Assembly: GCA_903827975.1 (NCBI GenBank)
Contig: CAIKKG010000001.1
Span: forward strand, 26,175 to 90,174
Direction: 5' to 3'
Source: an uncultured bacterium
Lineage (GTDB): Bacteria > Patescibacteriota > Minisyncoccia > UBA6257 > GWB1-50-10
DNA: 64,000 nt
Position 1 is the stretch's first letter, and each line of letters begins with the position of its first letter. Shown one piece after another: positions 30,416 to 40,727 of this stretch. The notes beneath the pieces are model-generated. The model was not told where the DNA came from, did no database searches, and worked only from the letters and a program-made list of their open reading frames with translations. The position numbers were made by a program, and so were the translations under genes.

Positions 30416-31696
30416 TTAGAGTCCCATTCCAAGTGTGACAAACAATAGAATGGCCGAGACACCCATTAATACAAATGTTGCCCAAACAAAAGTGTTTGAA
30501 AGGGTTCCACTTCTATAATCTCCCATAATTTTTTTGTTTCGCGCAATAAGCGCAATTATAAATATTAACGGAACCGCGGCAACTCCATTAAATACAGCAG
30601 TAAATACAAGTGCCTTCATCGGGTCTATTCCAATAAAATTAATTGCGAGTCCAATGAGCGTTGCAATTGTTATGATGCCGTAAAATCCGTGTGCTTTTTT
30701 AAGCTTTAAATTAAGGCCCTCCTTTAGATTAAGTGTTTCAGATAGGGCGTACGAAGCTGATGCAGATAGTACAGGGATGCCTAGAAGCCCAAGACCGATT
30801 ATGCCTGTTGAAAAAATAATTTTTGCAATCATTCCAGCATTAGGGAATGTATTTACCAATGGCTCAAGTGCTTTTGCAGCATCAGCTGCTGTACGAATAT
30901 CTAAAATTCCATTTGAATGCAACACAGTCGCAGCAACAACGATAATACACCACGTCGCAATCTCCGATGACAGCATTCCAAAGAATGTATCCAATCGAAC
31001 CGCGCGCATAAATTGTTTTGTTATGCTAGGTTTTCCATCATGAATCATGTGCATTTTCTTTTCTTCCTCAACTTCTTCTGATGCCTGCCAAAAAAACATG
31101 TATGGTGAAATTGTTGTTCCAAATACTCCGGTAATTATGAAAAGAAATGAGAAATTTAGATCTACGTGTGGAATAAATGTTGCCTTAAGTAATTCTCCCC
31201 ATGGTTGCTTAACAAGAAACACAGTAAGTGGATAAGAAATTAGAGAGAGTGCAAACCATTTTAAAATTTTAGAGTAAGTTTTATATGAAATAAAAATCTC
31301 TAATACCAAAATTAAAGCAGTAAAGAAAAGAACAAGCACACCGAAGGGGAGCGGTATTATGAGTTGCGCAGCAGCGCCCATGGCCCCAAGGTCCGCGCCT
31401 ATGTTTATTGTGTTTGCTATTACAACAAGACCGACCATCGCATAAAGAATCTTTTTACTATAATTTTCTTTTACAACGGCGGCGATTCCTTTTCCCGTGA
31501 CGGCGCCTATTCGCGCACAAGCCTCCTGTATGGCAATCATGAACGGTAAAAGAGCTGCAGCAGTCCATAACTGCGCATATCCAAACTGAGCACCAGTCTG
31601 TGAGTAGGTCGCTATTCCTGACGGATCATCATCAGCTGCGCCAGTTATAATCCCAGGTCCGGCAGTTTTAAATAAATTTCGTGCGCCTTTAAACAT
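30416..31696 (-). CDS. NRAMP/MntH-related divalent metal transporter
   Basis: GPGIITGAADDDPSGIATYS, GTTISPYMFFWQ. Confidence 0.88.
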   Translation of the reverse strand: MFKGARNLFKTAGPGIITGAADDDPSGIATYSQTGAQFGYAQLWTAAALLPFMIAIQEACARIGAVTGKGIAAVVKENYSKKILYAMVGLVVIANTINIGADLGAMGAAAQLIIPLPFGVLVLFFTALILVLEIFISYKTYSKILKWFALSLISYPLTVFLVKQPWGELLKATFIPHVDLNFSFLFIITGVFGTTISPYMFFWQASEEVEEEKKMHMIHDGKPSITKQFMRAVRLDTFFGMLSSEIATWCIIVVAATVLHSNGILDIRTAADAAKALEPLVNTFPNAGMIAKIIFSTGIIGLGLLGIPVLSASASYALSETLNLKEGLNLKLKKAHGFYGIITIATLIGLAINFIGIDPMKALVFTAVFNGVAAVPLIFIIALIARNKKIMGDYRSGTLSNTFVWATFVLMGVSAILLFVTLGMGL

Positions 31697-31940
31697 AAAT
31701 ATATTAAATAATTATTCAATTATATCAGTAGCTCACGTTTACTGCTAATTAATTTCCACACGTAGTAACATAATTTTTATTATTTTAAGCCAATCTCCCT
31801 CTATCTAATCGAGGTGGGGAAGGGTAATAAAGAACAAATAGAAGATTTATCAAAATACGATTGTGCATAACTTCCTGAAACCTAAAAAATACGTAGTAAA
31901 TAAAGGGTTAATTAGGCATTTTATATCTTATCTGGTGTTT

Positions 31941-32010
31941 TTGACTGCATTTCGCCTGGTGGTATACTGATGTGGAGATGTGGGGCAAAGTGGATAAACG
32001 TGTGGATAAG
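31941..32010 (+). promoter_or_regulatory. mraZ (dcw) promoter with MraZ-binding GTGG repeats
   Basis: TTGACT..TATACT (31941-31968); GTGG/GTGG/GTGT at 31980, 31990 and 32000 (10-bp period). Confidence 0.65.
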
Positions 32011-32047
32011 CCCTGATTCTGGGGATAAGTAGCTAAAAACAACGACA

Positions 32048-32479
32048 ATGTTATTAGGAGAATTCAAACATAACGTAGATGAAAAGAATCGCCTGGCAGT
32101 TCCAGCGAAGTTTCGTGAGCTATTTACTAATGGCGCTATTGTTACGCGTGGTTTAGACCACTGTCTTTTTGTTTTTAGTTTGCATGAGTGGGAAAATCTG
32201 GCTAATAAACTTATTGCACTTCCGCTAGCACAGGCAAATTCACGTGCATTTGCGCGACTCATGCTTGCAGGCGCAACAGACGTGAAGGTTGATGTTCAGG
32301 GTAGAATCCTCGTACCAGACTATCTCCGCAAATACGCGGGGCTAAAAAAACAAGTGGTTGTAGCAGGTCTGTATAACCGCCTTGAAATCTGGGATGCGGA
32401 TAAGTGGGAAGAGTATAAAGCGAAAACAGAATCCGCGTCGGATGAAATCGCTGAAAAGCTCGGCGAGTTAGGAATTTAG
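32048..32479 (+). CDS. mraZ: Division/cell wall cluster repressor MraZ
   Basis: DEKNRLAVPAKFR, DVQGRILVP, RLEIWD. Confidence 0.96.
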   Translation: MLLGEFKHNVDEKNRLAVPAKFRELFTNGAIVTRGLDHCLFVFSLHEWENLANKLIALPLAQANSRAFARLMLAGATDVKVDVQGRILVPDYLRKYAGLKKQVVVAGLYNRLEIWDADKWEEYKAKTESASDEIAEKLGELGI

Positions 32480-32480
32480 T

Positions 32481-33362
32481 ATGACGATTCACAAGCCAGT
32501 TCTTTTACACGAAACAATAGAGATTCTTAGTCCTCAGTCAGGAGAATTTTTCATAGATGGAACGCTGGGGGGTGGAGGTCACGCAAATGCGATTCTGGAT
32601 AGAATCGGAAAGAGCGGAACACTTCTTGGTATTGATTGGGATGCAGATGCAATCTCAAGATTTGAAAAAACAAACGAAGGACGAGCAAAAATTTTTGTAC
32701 GTAATTCAAATTACAATTCAATTCCAAAAATTCTAACAGATGAGAAAATGCCTAAGGCGGATGGTTTACTTCTTGATCTAGGGTTTTCTTCATTCCAAAT
32801 AGAAGATGCAAGCAGGGGGTTTAGCTTTCAGTCCGATGGGCCACTAGACATGAGGTATTCAAGAGAAGGCCTAACAGCTGCTGAAGTAGTGAATGGATTT
32901 AGAGAAGAAGAGCTAGCAGATATATTTTGGAAGTTCGGAGATGAGAGTTTTTCGCGACAGATTGCAAAGAAAATTGTCGAAGAGAGGAGAAAGGAAAGAA
33001 TATTAACAACTGGAAGGTTAAGAGATGTAGTCGTTGAGGCATTCCCAGTCAGATTCAGGAATGGAAGGGTTAGTCCAGCGACTAAGGTGTTTCAGGCGCT
33101 TAGGATATATGTAAACAAGGAATTCGAGAACATAGAATCAATATTGGGAAATCTTTCGGAGTGTGTTAAGTCGGGTGGTCGGGTTGCAGTGATAACGTTT
33201 CACTCATCGGAAGACGGAATAGTAAAAAAAGCATTTCAAGGATTGGTGAAGTCGGGTATCGCGGAACTTATTAATAAAAAACCGATAGCACCGACACGAG
33301 AAGAGGTACTTGAAAATCCAAGAAGTCGTTCAGCAAAACTTAGAGCAATAAAACTAAAATAA
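32481..33362 (+). CDS. rsmH: 16S rRNA m4C1402 methyltransferase
   Basis: HKPVLL, DGTLGGGGH, RGFSF..PLDMR, NPRSRSAKLR. Confidence 0.97.
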   Translation: MTIHKPVLLHETIEILSPQSGEFFIDGTLGGGGHANAILDRIGKSGTLLGIDWDADAISRFEKTNEGRAKIFVRNSNYNSIPKILTDEKMPKADGLLLDLGFSSFQIEDASRGFSFQSDGPLDMRYSREGLTAAEVVNGFREEELADIFWKFGDESFSRQIAKKIVEERRKERILTTGRLRDVVVEAFPVRFRNGRVSPATKVFQALRIYVNKEFENIESILGNLSECVKSGGRVAVITFHSSEDGIVKKAFQGLVKSGIAELINKKPIAPTREEVLENPRSRSAKLRAIKLK

Positions 33363-33377
33363 TTTTTAAAAAATAGA

Positions 33378-33668
33378 ATGACCATTATTTGTCCACAGAA
33401 AAAAAAGAATATTAAATATTTTCTAATAACACTTTTTGCGTTAGTATTAGTGGGCGGAGCATTTTATATTATTCAAACTGGAGCAATAGTTGAAAAGCGA
33501 CACGAGTTGGAGGCATTAAAAAAACAACTCAATGAACTAAAGACTGCTAATGCAGACCTAAAGAATAAATATTATCGCATTGTTGACCCTGCAAAATTAG
33601 AAGAGGTTGCGAGTGCTTCCGGTCTGACACTTGAAAAGCGCCCGATGTATATAACAAGCACTCAATAA
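33378..33668 (+). CDS. ftsL: FtsL-like cell division protein
   Basis: TM plus leucine-zipper-like coiled coil between rsmH and ftsI. Confidence 0.65.
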   Translation: MTIICPQKKKNIKYFLITLFALVLVGGAFYIIQTGAIVEKRHELEALKKQLNELKTANADLKNKYYRIVDPAKLEEVASASGLTLEKRPMYITSTQ

Positions 33669-33776
33669 ATCCCGTATAGAGGCGGGGTATTACGGCGCAA
33701 GCAAGTAAAAGATATATTCTGAGTAAAAACAAAATGACGCGTCGATATACAAAAAAATTAAGTCGCCTCTAACTGG

Positions 33777-35384
33777 ATGAAAAAAAGGTTTTTCATACTG
33801 TTTAGTTTTTTTGGCATTCTATACATCCTTTTGGGATGGAAAATGTACACCCTTCAAATAGACAAGGGTGCTTCTTTTTCAAAAAAGGTAGCTGCGCGAG
33901 ATGAACTTGCTGAGCATCAGGTATTAAGGCGCGGGCAGATATTATTTACAGACAAAAACGGGGCAAATATTCAGGTTGCATTAAATAAAGAGTTTTCGCA
34001 TATAGTAGCAATACCAAAGGAAATTATAGATGCTACAAGTACTGCAAAATTATTGGCTCCAATTGTTGAAATAAATGAGGCCCGATTAGCATCGGCATTT
34101 TCGGATAAGAGTTCTCTTTATTACTCTCTAGTAGATAAGGCGAGTGATGAAACAGTTGATGCTATTAAGGCACTTAATATAAAAGGTGTCGATTTTAGAG
34201 ATACGCAATATAGGTATTATCCTTTTGAATCACTCGCAGCACAGTTATTGGGTTTTGTCGGTAAAACAGAAAATAATCCTGAGGCTGTGGGTCTGTATGG
34301 AATTGAGAAGCTGGATGACGCCAAGCTTACATTAGGTGAGGACGTCCAATTAACGATTGACCGCAATCTGCAGGCTGAGTCAGAACGAATACTTTCAAAA
34401 TTAATAACCGAGCACAGTGCAGAGGGTGGAACAATAATTATTCAGGATCCAAAAACAGGCAAAATACTGGCTTTAGCTAGTGCGCCATCTTTTGACCCAA
34501 ACATATACGGCAAATCTAGTTATAAGAATTTTTTAAATCCAGCAGTACAGGCTATTTATGAGCCAGGCTCAGTTTTCAAACCACTTACAATGGTTGCCGG
34601 AATTGATTCAGGAATATTTACTCCAGACACGACATATGTAGATACTGGCCACGTTACGTTAAACGGTAAAACCGTTACTAACTGGGATCATAGTGCACAT
34701 GGGAAAATAACAATGACTGGGGTTATTGAAGACTCAGTGAATACTGGTGCTATCTGGGCAGAACAAAAAATCGGAAGAAAAATATTTTATGATTACCTAA
34801 AAAAGTTTGGATTTGGCGAATACACAAGTATAGATTTACCAGACGAGGTAAGTGGAAGTTTAAGTAACCTTGAGCGCAAGAATGCACAGGATATTGATTA
34901 TGCAACAGCATCTTATGGACAGGGCACGAGCGTAACGCCAGTTCAACTTGTTTCTGCATTTTCGGCAATTGCAAATGGAGGTCTTCTTATGCGACCTTAT
35001 ATACATGCGAGCGGTGAGCCATATGTTGTGCGTCGTGTTATGTCAGGAGAGACGGCCACAAAGGTTACAAAAATGATGGAGTCAGCAGTAATAAAGAATA
35101 TATTAGCAGCAATACCCCAGTACAGGATTGCAGGAAAGACTGGAACAGCATTTATCCCTGAAAACGGAAAATATTCAATGACAGATCTAATACATTCATA
35201 TATGGGATTTGCTCCAGCTGAAGATGCAAAATTTGTGATTCTTATGAAGTTAGAAAAACCTGACAAACCTCTTGCAGGACAGACAGTTGTACCAAAGTTT
35301 AAAGAGCTCGCACAATTTGTGTTAAATTATTACAACATTCCGCCTGATGCTTTGGTTGAGGCGACATCAACAAAATCACAGTAG
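33777..35384 (+). CDS. ftsI: Class B PBP (FtsI/PBP3-like)
   Basis: YEPGSVFK, SVN, AGKTGTA; dcw context. Confidence 0.88.
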   Translation: MKKRFFILFSFFGILYILLGWKMYTLQIDKGASFSKKVAARDELAEHQVLRRGQILFTDKNGANIQVALNKEFSHIVAIPKEIIDATSTAKLLAPIVEINEARLASAFSDKSSLYYSLVDKASDETVDAIKALNIKGVDFRDTQYRYYPFESLAAQLLGFVGKTENNPEAVGLYGIEKLDDAKLTLGEDVQLTIDRNLQAESERILSKLITEHSAEGGTIIIQDPKTGKILALASAPSFDPNIYGKSSYKNFLNPAVQAIYEPGSVFKPLTMVAGIDSGIFTPDTTYVDTGHVTLNGKTVTNWDHSAHGKITMTGVIEDSVNTGAIWAEQKIGRKIFYDYLKKFGFGEYTSIDLPDEVSGSLSNLERKNAQDIDYATASYGQGTSVTPVQLVSAFSAIANGGLLMRPYIHASGEPYVVRRVMSGETATKVTKMMESAVIKNILAAIPQYRIAGKTGTAFIPENGKYSMTDLIHSYMGFAPAEDAKFVILMKLEKPDKPLAGQTVVPKFKELAQFVLNYYNIPPDALVEATSTKSQ

Positions 35385-36698
35385 ATGAAAAAAATTCTTC
35401 TAAAAATATTGCAACTTAATCTGAAGTTCCTTGCACGTGCAACCCTTGCGCGTTATTCACCTGGAATAGTTGGTATTACTGGAAGCGTAGGCAAAACATC
35501 GACAAAAGAAGCGGTTAGAACTGTACTAGCCTCAGAGCGTACAGTAAGGGCGCCAGCAAAAAATTTTAATAATGAACTTGGTCTTCCACTAGCAATATTG
35601 GGTGACTGGGAAACAACTGGAGGCGTTTTCTTTTGGTTAAAAGTTTTACTTGTCTCAACTTGGAGATTAATTATTAAATCGAGTGATTATCCAGAGATAC
35701 TAATTCTTGAATATGCAGTAGATAAGCCAGGGGACATGAGGTATCTTCTTGAGATTGCAAGGCCTCATATAGGAATTTTTACAGCAATGGGCGAGATTCC
35801 AGTGCACGTTGAATTTTTTACAGGTCCCGAGGCTATCATGCGTGAAAAGTCGCGACTTATAAGTCAGTTACCAGCAACAGGATTTGCAATTTTAAATGCG
35901 GATGATGAGTTGGTTATGGAGGCAAAGTCACAGACACGTTCGCAGGTTATGACGTTTGGATTTGATGAGAAGGCAGATTTGAGAATAAGTAATTTCACTA
36001 ATAATTTTGACGGTAAGTCCGGTGGAATTGCATGTAAACTTACATACGGTGGGAGCGTGGTACCAGTTAGGATTGATCGTGCATTGGGAAAGGCTCAGGC
36101 ATATTCGATTGGAGCAGCTGCAGTTACTGGACTTATCTTTGGACTAAATCTTGTAAAAATTGCTGAAGCACTTTCCGCATATGAGGCGCCAGCAGGAAGG
36201 TTGAAATTAATTCGAGGAGTAAGAGAAAGTTTTTTGATTGATGATACATATAATGCTGCTCCGACAGCGATGCATTCTGCACTCGATACATTAAAGTCAC
36301 TTAATGCAAAAAGAAAAATTGCTGTGCTGGGTGATATGTTGGAAATCGGAAAATATACGCTTGAGGTTCATGAGGGCGTTGGTAAATCATTAAAGAAATT
36401 AGGCGTTGATATGCTTATAACAGTTGGGATAAGGGGAAAGCTAATTGCTGAAGCGGCTATTAGAGGTGGATTATCTGAGAAGGTAGTATTCACATTTATG
36501 GATGTGAATGAGGCGGCTACATTTTTAGAGTCAGAGATTCAGAAGGGAGATTTAATACTTGTTAAGGCGTCGCAGGGTGTAAGACTAGAGAAATTAGTAA
36601 AAGAGGTAATGGCTGAGCCAACGCGGGCTAAGGAGTTATTAACAAGACAAGATGATGAGTGGGTTAAAAGATTGGGTATGTATGAGAGTAGTGAATAA
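35385..36698 (+). CDS. murF: UDP-MurNAc-tripeptide--D-Ala-D-Ala ligase
   Basis: GITGSVGKTSTKE, NNELGLPL, DDTYNAAP, VLGDMLEIG, LVKASQG. Confidence 0.93.
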   Translation: MKKILLKILQLNLKFLARATLARYSPGIVGITGSVGKTSTKEAVRTVLASERTVRAPAKNFNNELGLPLAILGDWETTGGVFFWLKVLLVSTWRLIIKSSDYPEILILEYAVDKPGDMRYLLEIARPHIGIFTAMGEIPVHVEFFTGPEAIMREKSRLISQLPATGFAILNADDELVMEAKSQTRSQVMTFGFDEKADLRISNFTNNFDGKSGGIACKLTYGGSVVPVRIDRALGKAQAYSIGAAAVTGLIFGLNLVKIAEALSAYEAPAGRLKLIRGVRESFLIDDTYNAAPTAMHSALDTLKSLNAKRKIAVLGDMLEIGKYTLEVHEGVGKSLKKLGVDMLITVGIRGKLIAEAAIRGGLSEKVVFTFMDVNEAATFLESEIQKGDLILVKASQGVRLEKLVKEVMAEPTRAKELLTRQDDEWVKRLGMYESSE

Positions 36699-36745
36699 TT
36701 TGAGGTTGCACTTTACTATAAAATACGTACAATAATTCTTGCTAT

Positions 36746-36816
36746 GGCCTTATCGTCTAGTGGTAGGACAATGCCCTCTCACGGCATAAACAGGGGTCCG
36801 ATTCCCCTTGGGGCTA
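36746..36816 (+). tRNA. tRNA-Glu(CTC), with atypical T-loop TCCGATT
   Basis: GGCCTTA-TC-GTCTAGTGGTAGGAC-A-ATGCC-CTCTCAC-GGCAT-AAAC-AGGGG-TCCGATT-CCCCT-TGGGGCT-A. Confidence 0.88.
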
Positions 36817-36817
36817 C

Positions 36818-37043
36818 ATGATTAAAAATACCCTACTGATTAAGTAGGGTATTTTTAATCATCATATCTTATTAGGGGAAGCGGACAGTGGAGGGGGTCG
36901 GGGAACCGCGTTCGGTTCCCCGTGTAGGAAAATATTAAAAACCGAGGGTTTTTAAAAGCGGAACCAGTCTTACTTGTGAAGCGCGTTCGCTTCCCCTTGG
37001 GGCTACATTAGTAAAAACAACTCCATGCTAGGGGTTGTTTTTA
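36818..37043 (+). repeat. tRNA-Glu-derived structured downstream element
   Basis: 20-bp hairpin 36818-36862; inverted T-arm copy 36874-36886; hairpins 36899-36922 and 36935-36955; direct copy of tRNA 3' end (36991-37008 = 36802-36819); final hairpin to 37043. Confidence 0.8.
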
Positions 37044-37209
37044 ATTTTCAATAAACAATTTTAAATTTTAAAACTGGTAACTAGACAAGTAGACTGCATA
37101 AAAGCATGGAAATCCATTTTTAAAATTTACTATAATCTACGTAAAATAGTGTGGATTTTGCAGCATTGTGCTTACTCTAATTTTTCTGTATCTTGTATGT
37201 ATATAATCG

Positions 37210-37872
37210 ATGTTTAATGAATTAATTTCACAAATCACTCCTCTTATTCAACACTACGGCGCGTGGGGTGTTTTCTTTATTTCCGCCATTGAAGAAATAA
37301 TTGTGCCAATTCCGTCTTCATTCTCGCTCCTTGCTGCGGGTTTTTTCTTAGTTCCTGTTGGCGCAGCTCTTGGAGACTCGATGCTAGTGCTTATTTTAAA
37401 AGTAGTTATTCCTGCTGGACTTGGATTTGCAATCGGATCACTATTTCCATATGCGCTCGCTTATCTTGGTGGCGAGCCGATTATAAATAGATGGGGAAAA
37501 TGGATAGGAGTTTCTTGGAAAGATGTTGAAAAAATTAATAGATTTTTTAATGGGACGTATAAAGATGAGTTAGTATTAGTAGGATTACGATCAATTCCTG
37601 TTGTACCAAGCGGACTAATTTCAGTTGCGTGTGGCGTAGTGAGATATCCAATAAAACATTTTTTCCTTACAACATTTTTCGGTTCAGCGCTACGCTCTTT
37701 CTTTATGGGGCTCCTAGGGTGGTCACTTGGCGAGGCGTTTGTTATTTATGCCGACCAGATTTCAGAATTCGGTATGTATGTTGTTTATATTGTGACTGGC
37801 TTAGTGGCAATTCTGGTAGTAGCATTTTTAGTCAGGAAATGGCTAAAAAAACATAGGCACAAAGCGCATTAA
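37210..37872 (+). CDS. DedA/VTT family membrane protein
   Basis: IEEIIVPIPS, YALAYLGG, LRSIPVVP. Confidence 0.85.
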   Translation: MFNELISQITPLIQHYGAWGVFFISAIEEIIVPIPSSFSLLAAGFFLVPVGAALGDSMLVLILKVVIPAGLGFAIGSLFPYALAYLGGEPIINRWGKWIGVSWKDVEKINRFFNGTYKDELVLVGLRSIPVVPSGLISVACGVVRYPIKHFFLTTFFGSALRSFFMGLLGWSLGEAFVIYADQISEFGMYVVYIVTGLVAILVVAFLVRKWLKKHRHKAH

Positions 37873-37983
37873 ATACACATTATCCACGAAACCAAGTAAT
37901 TGTTTTTGGGGAAATTTAATGCTATAATTCATTTATAAGTGAAGCTACTCTGGCTTCATTTTTGATGAGAAACAAACAAATTT

Positions 37984-39906
37984 ATGGCTGAAAAAATAAA
38001 AAAAGAACAAGCATCATATAGTGCAAAAGACATTCAGGTTTTGGAGGGTCTAGACCCTGTTCGAAAGAGGCCGGGAATGTATATCGGTACAACAGGACCT
38101 GACGGACTTCACCACCTTGTGTGGGAAATTATAAATAACTCAATTGACGAGGCTATGGCAGGCTCGGCAAATTATGTGAAGGTTGAACTCCTTCATGACG
38201 GTGGAGTTTCTATAACTGATAATGGTCGCGGAATTCCTGTTGATATTCACCCAAAGACAAAAAAGTCCGCACTTGAAACGGCACTTTGTACGTTGCACGC
38301 TGGAGGAAAATTTGCAGAAGGTTCATATAAAGTATCAGGTGGTCTACACGGTGTTGGTGTATCTGTCGTGAATGCACTTTCAACAAAAATGAAGGCGGAG
38401 GTTTGGCGCGATGGCGGTGCATACATGCAGGAATATAAAATCGGTGTTCCGCAGTACAACGTAAAGAAAGTTGGAAAGGCAGATAATACTGGTACTCGTA
38501 TAACATTTTATGCGGACCCAACAATTTTTTCTGTAATTGAGTATGACCTAAAAAAGATTTTGGATTATTTGAGAAACCAGGCATACCTTACGAAGAGTAT
38601 TCGCATTGATTTAGTTGATGAGCGTGGCGAGATACCATCCTATTACGGATTTTATTTTGAGGGGGGATTACTTTCATTACTCGCGCATCTATTAGGAGAG
38701 AGACAGCCAGTTCACAACACATTATTTTATGCGCAGAAAGAAGTTGATGGAATCGACATAGAAACCGCATTCGCATACACGGGTGATACGGATGTTGAGG
38801 AGTTAAGTTTTGCTAATAATATTTACACGCCAGATGGTGGAACCCATCTTACTGGTCTTCGCTCCGCACTTACTCGCACATTGAATGATTTTGCGCGTCG
38901 CGAGGGTTATTTGAAAGAATCAGAAGAGAATTTGACTGGAGATGACGTGCGCGAAGGACTTGTGGCTGCAGTTTCTATTAAAATTAGAGAACCACAATTC
39001 GAAGGTCAGACAAAGGCGCGACTTGGTAATACAGAGGCTCGTGCAGCTGTAGAGTCAGCAGTCTCCGAGAACCTAAAAGAATTTTTAGAAAGATATTCAG
39101 GAGATGCAAGGAAGATTATAGAGAAGAACCTCTTGGCTGCGAAAGCAAGAAAGGCCGCTAAAGCAGCGAAGGATACGGTAATGCGCAAAGGAGCTTTCGA
39201 GGGGCTCACGCTTCCAGGCAAGCTAGCTGATTGTAGTTCACGCAGACCAGACGAGTCAGAACTATTTATTGTTGAGGGAGATTCCGCAGGAGGTTCATGT
39301 AAGCAGGGAAGGGATAGGCGCACCCAGGCCGTACTTCCACTCAAAGGAAAAATTTTAAATGTGGAGAAGGCGCGCATTGATAAGATGTTGTTGAACAAAG
39401 AAATTCGTTCACTTGTTGTTGCACTTGGAACTGCTATTTCAGATCAGTTTGATATTGAAAAACTTAGATATCACAAAGTTATTTTGATGACAGATGCTGA
39501 TGTTGACGGCGCTCACATCCGAACCTTGTTACTCACACTTTTTTACCGATACTTCCCACAGATTGTAAACGGCGGATTCCTATATATTGCACAACCACCA
39601 CTTTTTAGAGTTCAGAAGGGTAAGGAGGTTCAGTATGTTTTCAATGAGGATAAGCTTCAGGAGGTATTAAAGGTATATGGAAAGGAGTCAGTAAACATTC
39701 AGCGATACAAAGGTCTTGGAGAGATGAACCCAGAACAGCTCTGGGAGACCACTCTAAACCCAGGAAATCGTGTTTTAAAGCAGGTTAATGTGGAGGATGC
39801 AGTCCAGGCTGATAAAATGTTTGATATTCTTATGGGTGAGGCAGTTGAACCACGCAAGAACTTCATTCAGGCCCACGCGGCATCAGTGAAGAACCTTGAC
39901 GTCTAG
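37984..39906 (+). CDS. gyrB: DNA gyrase subunit B
   Basis: [46 protein letters not shown]. Confidence 0.96.
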   Translation: MAEKIKKEQASYSAKDIQVLEGLDPVRKRPGMYIGTTGPDGLHHLVWEIINNSIDEAMAGSANYVKVELLHDGGVSITDNGRGIPVDIHPKTKKSALETALCTLHAGGKFAEGSYKVSGGLHGVGVSVVNALSTKMKAEVWRDGGAYMQEYKIGVPQYNVKKVGKADNTGTRITFYADPTIFSVIEYDLKKILDYLRNQAYLTKSIRIDLVDERGEIPSYYGFYFEGGLLSLLAHLLGERQPVHNTLFYAQKEVDGIDIETAFAYTGDTDVEELSFANNIYTPDGGTHLTGLRSALTRTLNDFARREGYLKESEENLTGDDVREGLVAAVSIKIREPQFEGQTKARLGNTEARAAVESAVSENLKEFLERYSGDARKIIEKNLLAAKARKAAKAAKDTVMRKGAFEGLTLPGKLADCSSRRPDESELFIVEGDSAGGSCKQGRDRRTQAVLPLKGKILNVEKARIDKMLLNKEIRSLVVALGTAISDQFDIEKLRYHKVILMTDADVDGAHIRTLLLTLFYRYFPQIVNGGFLYIAQPPLFRVQKGKEVQYVFNEDKLQEVLKVYGKESVNIQRYKGLGEMNPEQLWETTLNPGNRVLKQVNVEDAVQADKMFDILMGEAVEPRKNFIQAHAASVKNLDV

Positions 39907-39955
39907 ACCTTGATTTAGTGGTAAATTAAATGGTATAGTTGATTTCGTAACATTT

Positions 39956-40150
39956 ATGTCAAATATTATTGAACGAATGAGAGTGTTTTGGCAGGAGTCA
40001 CGCCAAGAACTTAAAAGGGTAAATTGGCCAACGCGCGAAGAGACAATTCGCTACACATTATTTGTGGTGGGATTTTCAATTTTCTTTGCGATATTTTTGG
40101 GCATAATAGATTACGGATTCGTAAGAATACTTGAAAAAATAATCTCATAA
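39956..40150 (+). CDS. secE: Preprotein translocase SecE
   Basis: ELKRVNWPTREET plus TM; upstream of nusG. Confidence 0.93.
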   Translation: MSNIIERMRVFWQESRQELKRVNWPTREETIRYTLFVVGFSIFFAIFLGIIDYGFVRILEKIIS

Positions 40151-40153
40151 TTC

Positions 40154-40711
40154 ATGAGCGAAAAAAAAGAACAAATGATTAATCACGAGCGTCGCTGGTA
40201 TGCGGTGCATACGTATGCCGGATACGAGGACGCTGTCTCTCGCTATCTTAAACAACGCGTAGAATCGATGTTTATGTCAGATAAAATCTTTAATGTCATT
40301 GTTCCTAAAGAAACAAAGATTAAGGTTAAGGGCGGAAAGCGCTACACAATAGAAGAGAAGACATTCCCTGGTTATGTATTAGTTGAGATGATATTGGATC
40401 ATGATTCATGGTCAGTAGTCCGAAACACACCACGCGTAACAGGATTCGTTGGTTCAGATAGTACGACACCAACACCACTTTCAGACGAAGAAATTAAATC
40501 ACTTCTCATGAAAATGAGTGGAGAGGAGACAAAGTACACAATCGATATTAAGGTGGGTGAGATAGTAAAGATTACAGACGGTCCATTTAAGGAGCAGGAG
40601 GGCAAGGTTGCTGATATTGATGAGGAGCATGGTAAGGTAAAGGTCTTGGTTCCAATCTTTGGTCGCGACACACTTCTTGAGCTAGACTCATTGCAAGTAC
40701 AGAAAATTTAA
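40154..40711 (+). CDS. nusG: Transcription factor NusG
   Basis: WYAVHTYAGYE, FPGYVLVEM, KOW motif DGPF. Confidence 0.96.
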   Translation: MSEKKEQMINHERRWYAVHTYAGYEDAVSRYLKQRVESMFMSDKIFNVIVPKETKIKVKGGKRYTIEEKTFPGYVLVEMILDHDSWSVVRNTPRVTGFVGSDSTTPTPLSDEEIKSLLMKMSGEETKYTIDIKVGEIVKITDGPFKEQEGKVADIDEEHGKVKVLVPIFGRDTLLELDSLQVQKI

Positions 40712-40727
40712 GGTATAAAATAACTCT

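Noticed and set aside
31697-31830. Metal-sensing riboswitch upstream of the NRAMP gene
   Set aside because: Only a short weak hairpin (CCTC..GAGG) is present; I could not identify yybP-ykoY or M-box consensus features. An Rfam scan would settle it.
36802-37008. Prophage or integrative island att sites at tRNA-Glu and tRNA-Tyr
   Set aside because: The direct repeats are only ~140-190 bp apart with no integrase or cargo between them, so no intact island is called; they are reported as repeat elements instead.
37085-37180. Possible hairpin upstream of dedA (AAATCCA/TGGATTT, CTGCA/TGCAG)
   Set aside because: Short stems in AT-rich sequence, compatible with chance.
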